In this document: positions 26,400 through 36,865 of the stretch, piece after piece | Position numbering within the stretch: position 1 is the first letter of the stretch | Layout of the letters: every line of letters begins with the position of its first letter | Virus record (IMG/VR): IMGVR_UViG_2061766007_000135 | From: an uncultured virus (IMG/VR IMGVR_UViG_2061766007_000135) | Taxonomy: Duplodnaviria; Heunggongvirae; Uroviricota; Caudoviricetes | Direction: 5' to 3' (one strand) | Length of the DNA: 50,340 nt | The notes under the pieces: model-generated | Seen by the model: the letters and a program-made list of their open reading frames with translations, nothing else | What the model was told of the DNA's origin: nothing | Database searches by the model: none | Position numbers and translations under genes: made by a program

Positions 26400-27227
26400 T
26401 TACTTAATTCTCATTACTTTGACAGCCTTCTGCATGTCACCGAGATTATAAATTTTAACAACCTGCCACTCCATACGAGTCTTATCGCCAGAGGCAGAGA
26501 GATAACCATGATTGTTTGGACCAAGTGTCGCGCCAAGAGTTACTGTTGCATCAGCAATAGTATTAGTAGTGAAAATATCACCCTCATGGGTCTTAAATAC
26601 ACGAGGAACCATTAAACCAGCAAGCTTATTAGGATCAGCCTGATCACCAGTATGACCAGCACGATCTGGACGTGCATAATCAGCCATCTGAGGAGTGTTC
26701 AAGCGTTCTACTTCATAAGCATTACCAATAGCATAATGATTGCGGCCATAATCTGGAGCCTGACCTGCAGCATTGGTATGAGCATCAGGATAAAGTTCAA
26801 CTTGCTCCTGAATCTTCTTCATCATATCCCAATCAGCAGAAGTAGCATAACCATTAATACGTACGCCATCAGCGAATCCCTGAGCGGAACCAAACTGACC
26901 AGCATTGGCGCCAACGCCAACTGGAGAATATACACGACCATTATAGTCGCGACGAATCATTGCGAAATCCTGATCTGTTTCATGATCTCTATAAACTTTT
27001 ACTTCATTGAAAACGAGCATCCACTCGCCAGCGCCAGTGAAGTTGCAAGCGCCATTCAAATAGTCATACTTTACGAACTGACCATTCTCAAGAATGTCAA
27101 TATTGGCTGCAGCAGGCAACTGTGCGTAAATTTCGCCAGTTCTCTGTGCACTGAGATGGTTAGGTTCGACCTGACCGAAGCCGAAAGTTACAAACTGGGC
27201 CTCTGGAGATAATCTAGTCCAAGCCAT
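26400..27227 (-). CDS. Capsid-associated structural (decoration-type) protein, 275 aa, no TAG
   Basis: FGQVEPNHLSAQRTGEIYAQLPA..LENGQFVKYD..PRVFKT..GDIFTTN; between scaffold and capsid genes; strong RBS. Confidence 0.65.
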   Translation of the reverse strand: MAWTRLSPEAQFVTFGFGQVEPNHLSAQRTGEIYAQLPAAANIDILENGQFVKYDYLNGACNFTGAGEWMLVFNEVKVYRDHETDQDFAMIRRDYNGRVYSPVGVGANAGQFGSAQGFADGVRINGYATSADWDMMKKIQEQVELYPDAHTNAAGQAPDYGRNHYAIGNAYEVERLNTPQMADYARPDRAGHTGDQADPNKLAGLMVPRVFKTHEGDIFTTNTIADATVTLGATLGPNNHGYLSASGDKTRMEWQVVKIYNLGDMQKAVKVMRIK

Positions 27228-27251
27228 AGTATAGCTTCCTCCTTATTAAAA

Positions 27252-28409
27252 TTAGTTAATTTCTTTGGCGGTCTCGCGCACTGCTTTAATCCAAGCTGGT
27301 GCGTTATCCTCACCATCATTGCCGTCCAATGAGAATGTCATTGGCTCTTTTGGAGTCTCAGACTCCTTTTTATTATCGTCATCAAGGTTAAAAGATACCT
27401 TGTTGCGAACACAGATAATAGATAATTTAGCTTCAATATCATCGAGCGAATACTTATCAATGTTATCGATGCAGTCTTTCTTCTCAACATCTGAAAGCAT
27501 ATAGAAGCCATCAATCATAGCTTGCTTTGCTTTACGATCTGCTTCAACTTTAAACTGACGAAGTGGCTCAATTTCAGCCTGGAGTGCAGTAAACTCTTTA
27601 CGTAACTCATCTAAATTATTAGAAAGAGTCTTATAAAGATCTGATTCGCGCACTTCATCATCACTTAATGAATGTTTACCTGAAGCCTTCTTCTTTTTAT
27701 CTTCATCTTCTTCATCTTCTGATCCTTCTTCAGAATCATCTGATGTACTTTTATCATCTTCGGCCTTATCTTCTGCCTTTGGAGGGAAGGGATTATCCTT
27801 CTTTTCTTCATCCTCATCCTTTTTCTTAAACTCAGCATCTTCTGGTTCAAGTTCCAAAGTAGGATCAACGACCTTCTTTTCCTCATCCATAGAAGTAAAT
27901 CCTCCTTTGTTCAAAGCATTCTTAATATCTTCCATTAAAGAAAATAATTTGTTCTTGAAGTCTCCGTCAAAGGAGAATTGTGCTGCAATACCCGCGCCCT
28001 CGAAGCAGGGCTCGACGTCTTCTCCAAGAATACAAAGTTTTTGTATCATTGCTTCATTGATTATGAAAAATTTAGGGGCACCTTTATCGTCAAATGTCCA
28101 AGTGCCATCTAATTTTTCTTCATTAAGTTCCATAGACTGATTATTACCGTGCTCAACTACACGTTTAGCTTCTTCATAAATACTTGTCCAAAGATAACCT
28201 TCAGTCATAAGATATTCATGTTCTACACCATCGTCAGTAAACTTCTGGAACCAAACCCTCGCAGCAGAATCAACAAAACCATAAGCTTTGGTTTTATCAA
28301 CAATACGGAACTTACCATCGCCAACCTCAATACTGCGGTTATGACCAGAAAAATCTTTTGTTTCTTTATCAAAATAACCAACGATAGGGCATCCGTGTAA
28401 AGTGGCAGC
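27252..28409 (-). CDS. Prohead protease/scaffold, allele B (5' end lost in gap)
   Basis: GCPIVGYF, NNQSMEL, LCILGEDVEPCFEGA protease motifs, then acidic/coiled-coil scaffold ending PAWIKAVRETAKEIN. Confidence 0.8.
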   Translation of the reverse strand, partial: AATLHGCPIVGYFDKETKDFSGHNRSIEVGDGKFRIVDKTKAYGFVDSAARVWFQKFTDDGVEHEYLMTEGYLWTSIYEEAKRVVEHGNNQSMELNEEKLDGTWTFDDKGAPKFFIINEAMIQKLCILGEDVEPCFEGAGIAAQFSFDGDFKNKLFSLMEDIKNALNKGGFTSMDEEKKVVDPTLELEPEDAEFKKKDEDEEKKDNPFPPKAEDKAEDDKSTSDDSEEGSEDEEDEDKKKKASGKHSLSDDEVRESDLYKTLSNNLDELRKEFTALQAEIEPLRQFKVEADRKAKQAMIDGFYMLSDVEKKDCIDNIDKYSLDDIEAKLSIICVRNKVSFNLDDDNKKESETPKEPMTFSLDGNDGEDNAPAWIKAVRETAKEIN

Positions 28410-28419
28410 NNNNNNNNNN

Positions 28420-29117
28420 ACATAATATGTTGCTTCTGGATCCCATGTACTTGCCTTTACGTAAGTAGTGGTATTGCCTTCAGTTACTGCAACATAATAG
28501 TTTGCAAGATTAGCTTCGGTTGGGTTCTGTACTGCAACATAAGTTGGAGTAGTTTCTTCTTCATCAGGAGTTGTAGCTGGAGTCTTATCTCCGCTATAAA
28601 CTTCATACTTACCAGCAAGTTCAGTGTTCTTATAAACACAAATATCTGGAGTCATAACAACGCCTACGCCAACCTTCTTGTAAACCTGAATTTCACGGCT
28701 GCGATCCTTGTTGACATATTCATCAACAATAGTAGAACCTTCCATAACAACCTTAACAGGCTTTACTGCGCCAGGAAGAATATAGCAATAACCTGGATCA
28801 ATAACCTTGGTTGTATGAGTAGCATCAGTGAAGCCCTGTGGGAGAATGTTAAGAACATGTCCCTTATAGCTTGCGAAACGACCCTAATTCCAAATGGTTT
28901 CCTTCATATTATCTGACCAAGAAGCCCACTTCTCTTCTGGAACGATAGTAGCAGCGAACTCTTCAGTGCAATAAATAGTTGGAGTACCATAAGAAGCTGA
29001 GATAGCCAATAAACGATCAAAAGCTTCACGATCAAACTTGTCAACTTCGACAGTATTTAAAGCTGGGAGCTGAGTAAGACCTTCCTTAAGAGCAGCACCG
29101 ATTTCCCAATAAATGAG
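28420..29117 (-). CDS. Major capsid protein, C-terminal part (misplaced between two short gaps); one TAG at 28884
   Basis: LIYWEIGAALKEG...WN(Q)GRFASYKGH..ILPQGFTD..KVIDPGYCYILP..KPVKVVMEG..EIQVYKKVGVG continues naturally from ...VMDGIE. Confidence 0.75.
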
Positions 29118-29127
29118 NNNNNNNNNN

Positions 29128-29667
29128 GCAAAGTTTTTGTATCATTGCTTCATTAATTATGAAAAATTTCGGGCATCCATTATCATCAAATGTCCAAGTG
29201 CCGTCTAAATTTTCTTCATTAAGTTCCATAGACTAATTATTACCATGAGTCAAAATACGTTTAGCTTCTTCATAAACAGAAGTCCACAAATAACCTTCTG
29301 TCATTAAATACTCATGCTCAACGCCTTCATCCATAAATTTCTGGAACCAAATTTTAGCACTTGAATCTACAAAACCATAAGCTTTAGTACGATCTACTAT
29401 ATGAAATTTACCATCGCCCACTTCAATACTGCGATTATGACCAGAAAAATCTTCGGTCTTTTCATCCCAATATCCGACAATAGGGCAACCATGTAAAGTT
29501 TTTGCCATCTTAGTGGCAGTACCTTTTTCGATCACACTACCATTACGATTTTCGCCCAAATAGCATACTTTAATCTCGCAATGTGATAGCAAAGGATTAT
29601 CTACAAGTGGAGTTACATTAAGCAACTCTATAGTCCCATCTACAGGAATGCTTATATGTTTTGGCAC
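29128..29667 (-). CDS. Prohead protease/scaffold, allele A, N-terminal part (TAG at 29233 read through)
   Basis: GTG start after AAGGAG; NPLLSHCEIKVCYLGENRNGSVI..GCPIVGY; reading continues past TAG as SMELNEENLDGTW up to the gap. Confidence 0.8.
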
Positions 29668-29672
29668 TTAAC

Positions 29673-31250
29673 TCACTCCTTTCCCATAGCTTCACGATTT
29701 GCTATTGTTTTATCTGATTTCTATTCATTACTTTTTTCTGGTCTGCCGCTCTACTTTTCATCTTGTGCTGCCACTTTAGAACCTGGTAAAATATCTTTAC
29801 CATTTAATGTAGAAGACATAAGTGGTGGAATCATAATTTCTTGTAACTTCAATACTTCATTCTCAAAATGAGCAGTAGCAATAATAGAACTTTGTGAATG
29901 TCCAAGAGCGATCTAAGGTAACATTTTAGAAAACCCTAATTGTGTTTGTTCTTTATACATTTTAGATAATTCTTTATAATTATTAATAGTTGTTTCCAAC
30001 ATACTAAAATGTAAACACCACATTTTATGACCAGGGAATTTTACCCGTAAAATACGACTAAATAATTCACTAAATTCAAAAATTAAATCACGCACACTAG
30101 CTTCATCTACTGCTGAAGCTTTTTCTAAAGCTAAATTGCTATTAGAATTAAATAAATTCTAAGATACACCAGCTTCATTATAAACAGTACGTTCAACTTT
30201 TGTTAATTCATCACGCGTAGTTGTAGTATTTTTATCCGCTAAGTCTGCAACATCAACATCAGCAAAAGTAGTCATAACATCTACACCAACCGCACGTTGC
30301 AACATTTGAACAGTGTTATTATGAATATCTTTTGCTTCATCCACATCGAATATTAAATCGCCATTCTTATCTAAAGGTAACTTTTGAATAATAACTTTCA
30401 AAAGTTGTTGCATCATCTTACGACGATCTAAGTCTTGAGCCTCGTCTAAATCCAAAATCTTCGGAGTAATATTAACAAGTAATGGATAATCGCGTCCATT
30501 CAGATTAATTTTAAATGCGCGATCAGGATCCAAAAGCCACCATCCACCTTCTTCTAAGGCATTTGCTGGCATTAACTTGCCTTTTTTATACGCGGCATAA
30601 GCTTGTGCAAATTCTTCTGGATACATTTTCAAGATACGAGAACGCATCTATAAATCAGGAAAATAATCATCAAAAAATTTAGGATTAAATTCAACTGCTG
30701 GACGATTACCTACCTTAAAGCGTGCGCGGCAATAAGGAATCGGTAATTCCTAAAAAGTAAATCCACGAGAAGTTTCAATGATATAACCATAATAACAACC
30801 ATTAACAATAATTTTTAAAGCTATATCATTGCACAATTTCTTAATTCCGCTTTCATCTAAATAATCTAAGGCTTTAGTAAATTCTGTTAATACTTTTTCA
30901 TCTTTCACAGAGTCATCAATTACATAAGGAGTTACATACCAATCATATCTATATAAACCAGCAAAATAATTACACAAGCGTTGATAAACACCACTGACTT
31001 CATAAAAGTAATTAGATATGTCGCGCAATCGCGCATAGTCCTTACGAGCTAAAGAAGAATAAATAGATAACTTATTATAACTACGTTTATCTACTTTCTT
31101 TAAAGAGCCTACATCAATAACTGCATCTTCAAGTGTCTAAAGATTAACTTTAATTTTACCATAATCCACTTGACTACCATAGATGTCTCTTAATTCTGGA
31201 CGGCGGACGATTGAGAAGCCTTTTGCGTGGATCGCATTTTGATCGCTCAA
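29673..31250 (-). CDS. Portal protein, 525 aa with TAG=Gln
   Basis: TTG after AAGGAGG; fragments 30750-31028, 30159-30647 and 29913-30095 in one frame; lies between terminase and protease; TGA stop. Confidence 0.8.
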
Positions 31251-31262
31251 TTCAATCCCTCC

Positions 31263-31619
31263 TTAATATCCAGCTTTCTCCATAATATAATCATAACTTA
31301 AAAGATTTTCATCTGTATAAGGAATTTCAATTAAATTATAATCATTTAGCGCACAAAAACGACGCTTATTTTTATCATTAAACTATTGACGATAAAATCC
31401 TTGCTTACCACCAAATTTGGCTGATGGCTCATAATGCTACTTTCCTTGATATTCAATTAAAAAGTCAACATTGCCATCATCATCATATACACAGAAATCA
31501 AACTTTAATGGTTTCCCATTTGGGCTATTTAGACCTTCAAAAGTTTGTTCCATTGTAAAATGCAAACCGGCTTCCCGCAAGATTTCTTCAATAATAATTT
31601 CTCCTCTTGAAGCTCGCAT
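31263..31619 (-). CDS. Small PD-(D/E)xK (Vsr/DUF559-like) endonuclease-fold protein, 118 aa
   Basis: SRGE..IEEIL, PLKFDF, LIEYQGK(TAG=Q)HY, ND..KRRFC...LIEIPY motif series; TAA stop. Confidence 0.8.
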
Positions 31620-31629
31620 CTTTGACACC

Positions 31630-33360
31630 TCAATTCAAAAATAACATATCACTAAATCTCTTACTACGTCTTTTACGTTTCTTATCTTCTTCTTGTTTAA
31701 TATAATATAATCCATATTCAAATGCAGAAAACTTATCTTTTTTAATACCTTTATTCGCTTGCTTCAAAATAATATTAACACCTTCGTTTTCTTCACGAAG
31801 ATTCATCATCTCTTCTTTTAATATGGAAGTTAAAGTAAATGGTTTTAAATATTCTGCCCTTTCTTCAGGCTTCATATCTTGACCACGTTTCGTACCCATT
31901 AGCTTAATTTTAGCAACACGCTCATCAATTAACATTTTTACGTGGCCAGAACTCAACTAAGATTGTGCATTAGCATGCGCTTCAGTATTAATTGGCGCAT
32001 TTGCTTTAATTATCCATAAAGCATTTTCTTCACACACTTGAGTACGATACTTTTTATACTCGCCATCATCATCATTATCGACACCAAAGTCAGGTAAAAT
32101 TTCTCCAGTATCAGGATCTGTTTGTCCTTTTACCAGATAGTCAACTAAACCAATACCTAAACCATTACCATCAATAACTAATTTCTTAGCTTTATATTTA
32201 TAATATAATTTTTTTAATTTAATAGCCTAATCTTCAAAATGCGTATCACTCATTGTATCAATATTTACAAGAGAGATAAATGCAATACCATTGACCTAAG
32301 GTGTAACTTTAAAAATACAACTTACAGTATCACAACCTTTTCGACCAACGTCTGTTGCGATTACATAATAAGCATTTTTAGTGCTGCGTCCAGAATATTC
32401 ATATTCTGGTTGCTTTAAAATACGGTTATGATCAAACTGTTCCGCATTAAAGAAGGCATCTTCAATAGTACCTGACCAACGACTTTCATATTCACGATCA
32501 AAGGATGATTCATTAAACGTACCATCCATTTTAAGATCTCGAATAAAACTCTTGTCTAATAATCCCATTAAAACAGGAATACGCCAAGTACCGCCTAAAA
32601 TCATTGCTCTTTCAGGTTTAATAATTTCCCATACCAAGAGCTAAATTAATTTGTCATATGCAAAAGTATTTTTCCAGCCAGCAGTTGTGACATAAATCTA
32701 GCTTTTATTTAATACTTCTTCATCATCTTTATCGCCCCAAGCACCACGTCTTGAAACATTCATCGTAGGGATAATAACTTCATTAAGGATCGTACCATCA
32801 ATTCCTACACACTCTTCCATGAGTCCGCCGTGCCGACGCTGTCCTCTTGAAGTTTCACGAGCTGCGATGTTGTCAAGAATAGAGCCATTGCGAAAGACGT
32901 ATCTGACATAATCTTTTCCCTCCATTGTCTTACCACGACGCCAATCCAATTCTTGATATAATGCAGGGATAAGATGACATAATTCTTGTACTTTAGCCTT
33001 TAAAATACTTGAAGCCTGCTCTTTACCACCAGAGGTAACAAATAATTTTGCTCCAGGATATAAGATACAACGCAGCATTAAAATTAAAGCTGCCAAAAAA
33101 GATTTTGAATAAGCACGTGGGAATACTGCATATGTATATTTATAACGCATTGCCGCACGCAAAAATACACGCTAATAATAAAATAAATGAAAATTTTCTG
33201 GATTATTTTTTGATGTTAAAAAATCTACAAATAAATCAGGATATTCTCTCCAAAAGGCAATATACTATCGCGCAACTGGAATACAGGCCCGCACTCGTTC
33301 TTCTGATAATCCAATTTTATCAACATTATTTTTCAGATTTAAGAGATCTTGAAGAGCCAT
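31630..33360 (-). CDS. terL: Terminase large subunit, 576 aa with TAG=Gln
   Basis: FYY(Q)R adenine-binding motif, FPRAYSKS Walker-A-like, RGQRRHGGLMEE Walker B, YVTTAG coupling motif, TDVGR, VIDGNGLG and KDKFSAFEYG RNase-H motifs; fragments in one frame. Confidence 0.9.
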
Positions 33361-34523
33361 TATTCTTCATCCTCTCCAAGCAATTCATTCATTGTTTCTT
33401 CATCTTCAGCTTGCTGTTGCGCAATAAAATTATAATGTTCCATAAAATCGCCATCGGTAAGGACTTCTTCTTCGATATTCTCAAAATTAAGTTCATCCAT
33501 ATCCGTAGTCTCAGCATCTTCTTCTTTTGCTTCTTCGCGTGCCATAGTACGCGCCGCAGATTCAATAAGATTGCCCAAATTCATTTCCTCTGTAACAAGT
33601 CTATGAGTATAATTCCGCAAATCAGCAAGAGTTTCATCAGGCTTGTCTTTTGGTTCATCGACATAGAATCTTGGGATAAATCCTTCACGCTCGCACATAA
33701 GAATAAATTCATCAATAGCGGAAACATATTCGCCGCTTTCTGCCTTATTTTGTGCCGCGGTAAATTTTGCAGATTTCATTAAGCTATCGTAAACTTTAGC
33801 CATTTTTTGGAAACCTTCAATATCTCCAAGATCTACAAGCTGATGGCACTTTAAAGAGGTTTTACATATTAACTTCAAATAATCCTCATGTGCCGGTGTT
33901 ACAATATCAAAAGCCGCCATCATCTCTTGATAAAGCTTTTCTAATTGTACCCATTCATAAGGACGATAACTTTTGCCCCATTTAATAGTAAGATACTTTT
34001 TATCTTCATCTGTTAAGTCATCGTTAAAAAATGCTGGTTCAGTTAAATCAATAGGAGTAGGAGCATCAGTTTCGTGTTTAAATTCTTCAGGCTTATCGGG
34101 CATAGTACCAGAAGCAATAGCGTTCTCAATTTCCTCGCCAGAATAACCTTGACGCGCCATAACTTCTTTTTTCTTTGCGTCAGCCTCTTGGCGCAATCTT
34201 TCGGTATCATCCCAGTGATAATCTTTAAATTGTTTGAGCTTCATCTTAGAAAGATAACGACCAAGAATTGTCATTCCAGTAAGTTTACGTGGATCTGCAG
34301 AATATCTATCCAATAGACGTGTCCATTCTTCTTCAATATAGGGCACATCAATTTCTTCTAAAATCCAAGTATAAGTTTTTGGATCCCAGTTATCAACATG
34401 TCGAGTAATACATTTTTTACATTCCGCCAAGTAGCCAGTTGGATACTTATCAGTTCGATTAGTTTGATAGAACTAGTTTTCATCCATTGTTCGATTACAA
34501 GTTTTACAATAAAGTGTTGCCAT
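33360..34523 (-). CDS. Zinc-finger protein in the terminase small subunit position, 387 aa; single TAG at codon 17
   Basis: MATLYCKTCNRTMDEN(Q)FY...ECKKC; acidic tail; stop overlaps the terL start. Confidence 0.7.
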
Positions 34524-35593
34524 TAAGATTCCTTCTTTTTATGATTTCTGCATTGTTTACAGATAGAATAAAAACCATCTTTCGATGTTTTATTTATTGA
34601 AAAGAACCGTGAGTGCGCTAATTTAATTTGTCCACATCGCGAACATTTTTTCCATTGTCCTTTTTCAACAAAAGTAAAATACCATAAAAGATATTCATCT
34701 TGAGCCTGTTGCGCAATTAACTTAGGTATCTTATTGCGCCATAAACTACTAATATATTCAACAGAATGAGTAAACTAAAATTCTTTTTGGAGAAAACTTT
34801 GTATCTCTGTATTTTGATATTTCTCCATTTTATATTTAACAATGCGGCGATACATTGGATAATCTTTAAGTGCACGATTAACAAGATCTTTAAAATCCAT
34901 AACCATAGCCCAACCATCGCTTTCAAATTTGCCCATTGAACGGCTTTGTAAAGCCGGCAAGATTTGAAAGATTTCACTAATTACCTTATAATTGCAAAAA
35001 GAAATGCCCCAATACTAAATGGTTGCATGATGCTAATCATCATATTCAATCCATTCACGCCAAGGCAAAGGGGGATAAACTTTTAAGCCTCTTGTTAACT
35101 TAGTGCAAACAATAGGCCGACGGTATGCATTTTTAATAATATATTGGTCTTTGCGCATTTCAATCAATGTGCGCTTAATAAGGAAAGCATCACGTCCGGT
35201 AGCTGTTTTCTACATTGCTTCCCAACGTTCAATACTTTCCCGCAATTGCTGCAATGCTGGAATTTCTTCAAGGTCTTTTTTGGTAATAGTAACCTTAGGC
35301 TAAAAGATAGTATTTTTACCATTTTCGGCAACTAAATTATAAATACCATCTTCGCCATTCTCTAACTATTCAACTAAACCTTCGTAAGAAATTTCGCGCT
35401 TATTAATTGTCGCCATTCTATTTGGCGTGAGTAATTTACGCTCCTTTTTCTCTTGTTTCTCCATGCAAAGAACAAGATAGTCGCCGAGGATTTCGAGATA
35501 CTACGCGCTTGGGTCGGGAGTTTCTGCTAAAATCTAATTTACTAACTTTAAGCGTTCTTCGGGAGATTCGATTGTATAATCTAATTTTATCAC
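34523..35593 (-). CDS. Conserved protein with C-terminal zinc finger, 356 aa, first gene of the packaging operon
   Basis: GTG after AAGGAG; MIKLDYTIESPEERLKLVN(Q)IL...KCSRCGQIKL..FFS.NKTSKDGFYSICKQC; many TAG; TAA stop. Confidence 0.7.
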
Positions 35594-35646
35594 TCTACAA
35601 TCTTCTCCTTTATAATTTGTAAAGTGGAACCCCACTCATTACACTC

Positions 35647-35675
35647 ATTATACTGAAAAATTTTACGATTGTCAA
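35647..35675 (-). promoter_or_regulatory. Consensus sigmaA promoter heading the packaging/structural operon
   Basis: TTGACA-atcgtaaaatttttcag(17)-TATAAT on the minus strand. Confidence 0.8.
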
Positions 35676-35695
35676 GAATCAAATCTGCCCATTAG

Positions 35696-35724
35696 TGGAA
35701 AATCTTAAAAAAATATGATATTAT
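35696..35724 (+). promoter_or_regulatory. Divergent promoter for the 35750-37657 operon
   Basis: TGGAAA-17-TATTAT with extended -10 TG and A-tract spacer. Confidence 0.45.
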
Positions 35725-35749
35725 ATATCTGTAAGAAAGGGAAAGAGCT

Positions 35750-35947
35750 ATGAAATTAGAAAAAGTTGAATTTACCTGTCCACGATGCGGGACTAAATGG
35801 ACTGAGTTACAAGATCCACATGACGACTGGTTTAGACTTGCGACAAATCGGACCTTATGTGCCAAATGCGGCAAGGCCGTAATCAAACGCATTAAAGGAG
35901 AGTGGGATAATGAAGATTTATCTAGCTGGCCCCGTAGTCACGGATGA
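35750..35947 (+). CDS. Small zinc-ribbon protein
   Basis: CPRC...CAKC; GAAAGGGA RBS. Confidence 0.6.
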   Translation: MKLEKVEFTCPRCGTKWTELQDPHDDWFRLATNRTLCAKCGKAVIKRIKGEWDNEDLSSWPRSHG

Positions 35948-36452
35948 TGCAGTTATAAAGCAGCAAATGGCGGAACTTGAAGAGACTATTGAGCGTATGC
36001 GGTTGCCGGCAATCAATCCTGGTGAATGTAATATGCGCGATGATTATGTCGAACTGTATAGACCGGGCAAACATAAAGTGCCGAATGCTTGGGGCATTGA
36101 TATGCGCACTTGGGGTCAGTGTGTTTTTACTATGGATGTGGTAGCTATTGATGAATGCGAGTGGATGGTACTTGCTGATTATGGCAGGTCGGCCACAGCT
36201 GGCACTTCTTGGGAAGCGGGCTATGCTTTTGCCAAGGGAGTAAAAATTCTAGTCGTACAGATGCCAGGAGTTGAGGAATCGTCCCTGATGACGCAGGGGT
36301 GCGCCGCAAATATTTGTAAATATGAAGATTTTATTGCGGGCATTGACTGTGATGAAAAAGATTGGAAAGTATGGGATGAAATTTACGACCATAAATTTGA
36401 ACGATTTTTTTATGAAAGAGGACGTAAACCGCAAGGAGTGGTGTTGAATTGA
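35910..36452 (+). CDS. Nucleoside 2'-deoxyribosyltransferase / nucleotide N-glycosidase family protein
   Basis: KIYLAGP, D..AIDEC, GTSWEAGYAFAKG family motifs; AAGGAG RBS. Confidence 0.8.
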   Translation: MKIYLAGPVVTDDAVIKQQMAELEETIERMRLPAINPGECNMRDDYVELYRPGKHKVPNAWGIDMRTWGQCVFTMDVVAIDECEWMVLADYGRSATAGTSWEAGYAFAKGVKILVVQMPGVEESSLMTQGCAANICKYEDFIAGIDCDEKDWKVWDEIYDHKFERFFYERGRKPQGVVLN

Positions 36453-36676
36453 CACATTGTGGAGATTGTGTATATGGGTTAATTTATGGCAATTGCGGCA
36501 TGAGCCCTGGTAATGCGGCTTGTTTGTATAGATTCAAGCGGTGGTGGGAAGAAGAGCCGCAAAAAGTTATTGATTATCTTGAGCGTATTAAGCAACATGA
36601 ACAAGAAGCATATACTTGGAGAATGGCAGAAATTGAAATAATGATAGAGACTGTGAGGAATTATCATCATGGGTAA
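36449..36676 (+). CDS. Hypothetical Cys-rich protein
   Basis: CGDC..C..C; overlaps both neighbours. Confidence 0.55.
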   Translation: MTHCGDCVYGLIYGNCGMSPGNAACLYRFKRWWEEEPQKVIDYLERIKQHEQEAYTWRMAEIEIMIETVRNYHHG

Positions 36677-36863
36677 GATTATTGGAATTATTATTCTGGT
36701 TGGTTTGGTAATCTTTTTGGGGCCGTGGGTTGTTATGACCGGTTGGAATATGATTGCGGCGGGGATGTTCGCGCTGCCGACAATGACGTATTGGTCCGCC
36801 TTCTTTGGCACATGGGCGTTGTATATAATTTTGGGACATTTTCAAGCCAAGTCAGGAGATTAA
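36669..36863 (+). CDS. Small membrane protein
   Basis: Two hydrophobic segments; GAGG RBS. Confidence 0.65.
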   Translation: MGKIIGIIILVGLVIFLGPWVVMTGWNMIAAGMFALPTMTYWSAFFGTWALYIILGHFQAKSGD

Positions 36864-36865
36864 TT

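Noticed and set aside
27252..28745. 497-aa capsid-protease fusion ORF
   Set aside because: Joined across an N gap; the halves belong to different genes.
27990..29510. True tandem duplication of the prohead protease
   Set aside because: Both copies are bounded by scaffold gaps and complement each other; strain co-assembly is simpler.
3924..35335. Plus-strand ORFs opposite the structural genes (e.g. 26652-27212, 33048-33782)
   Set aside because: Antisense shadows without RBS or motifs.
1..35593. Decayed prophage with many pseudogenes
   Set aside because: Breaks I checked are all TAG, with no frameshifts, and motifs are intact on readthrough.
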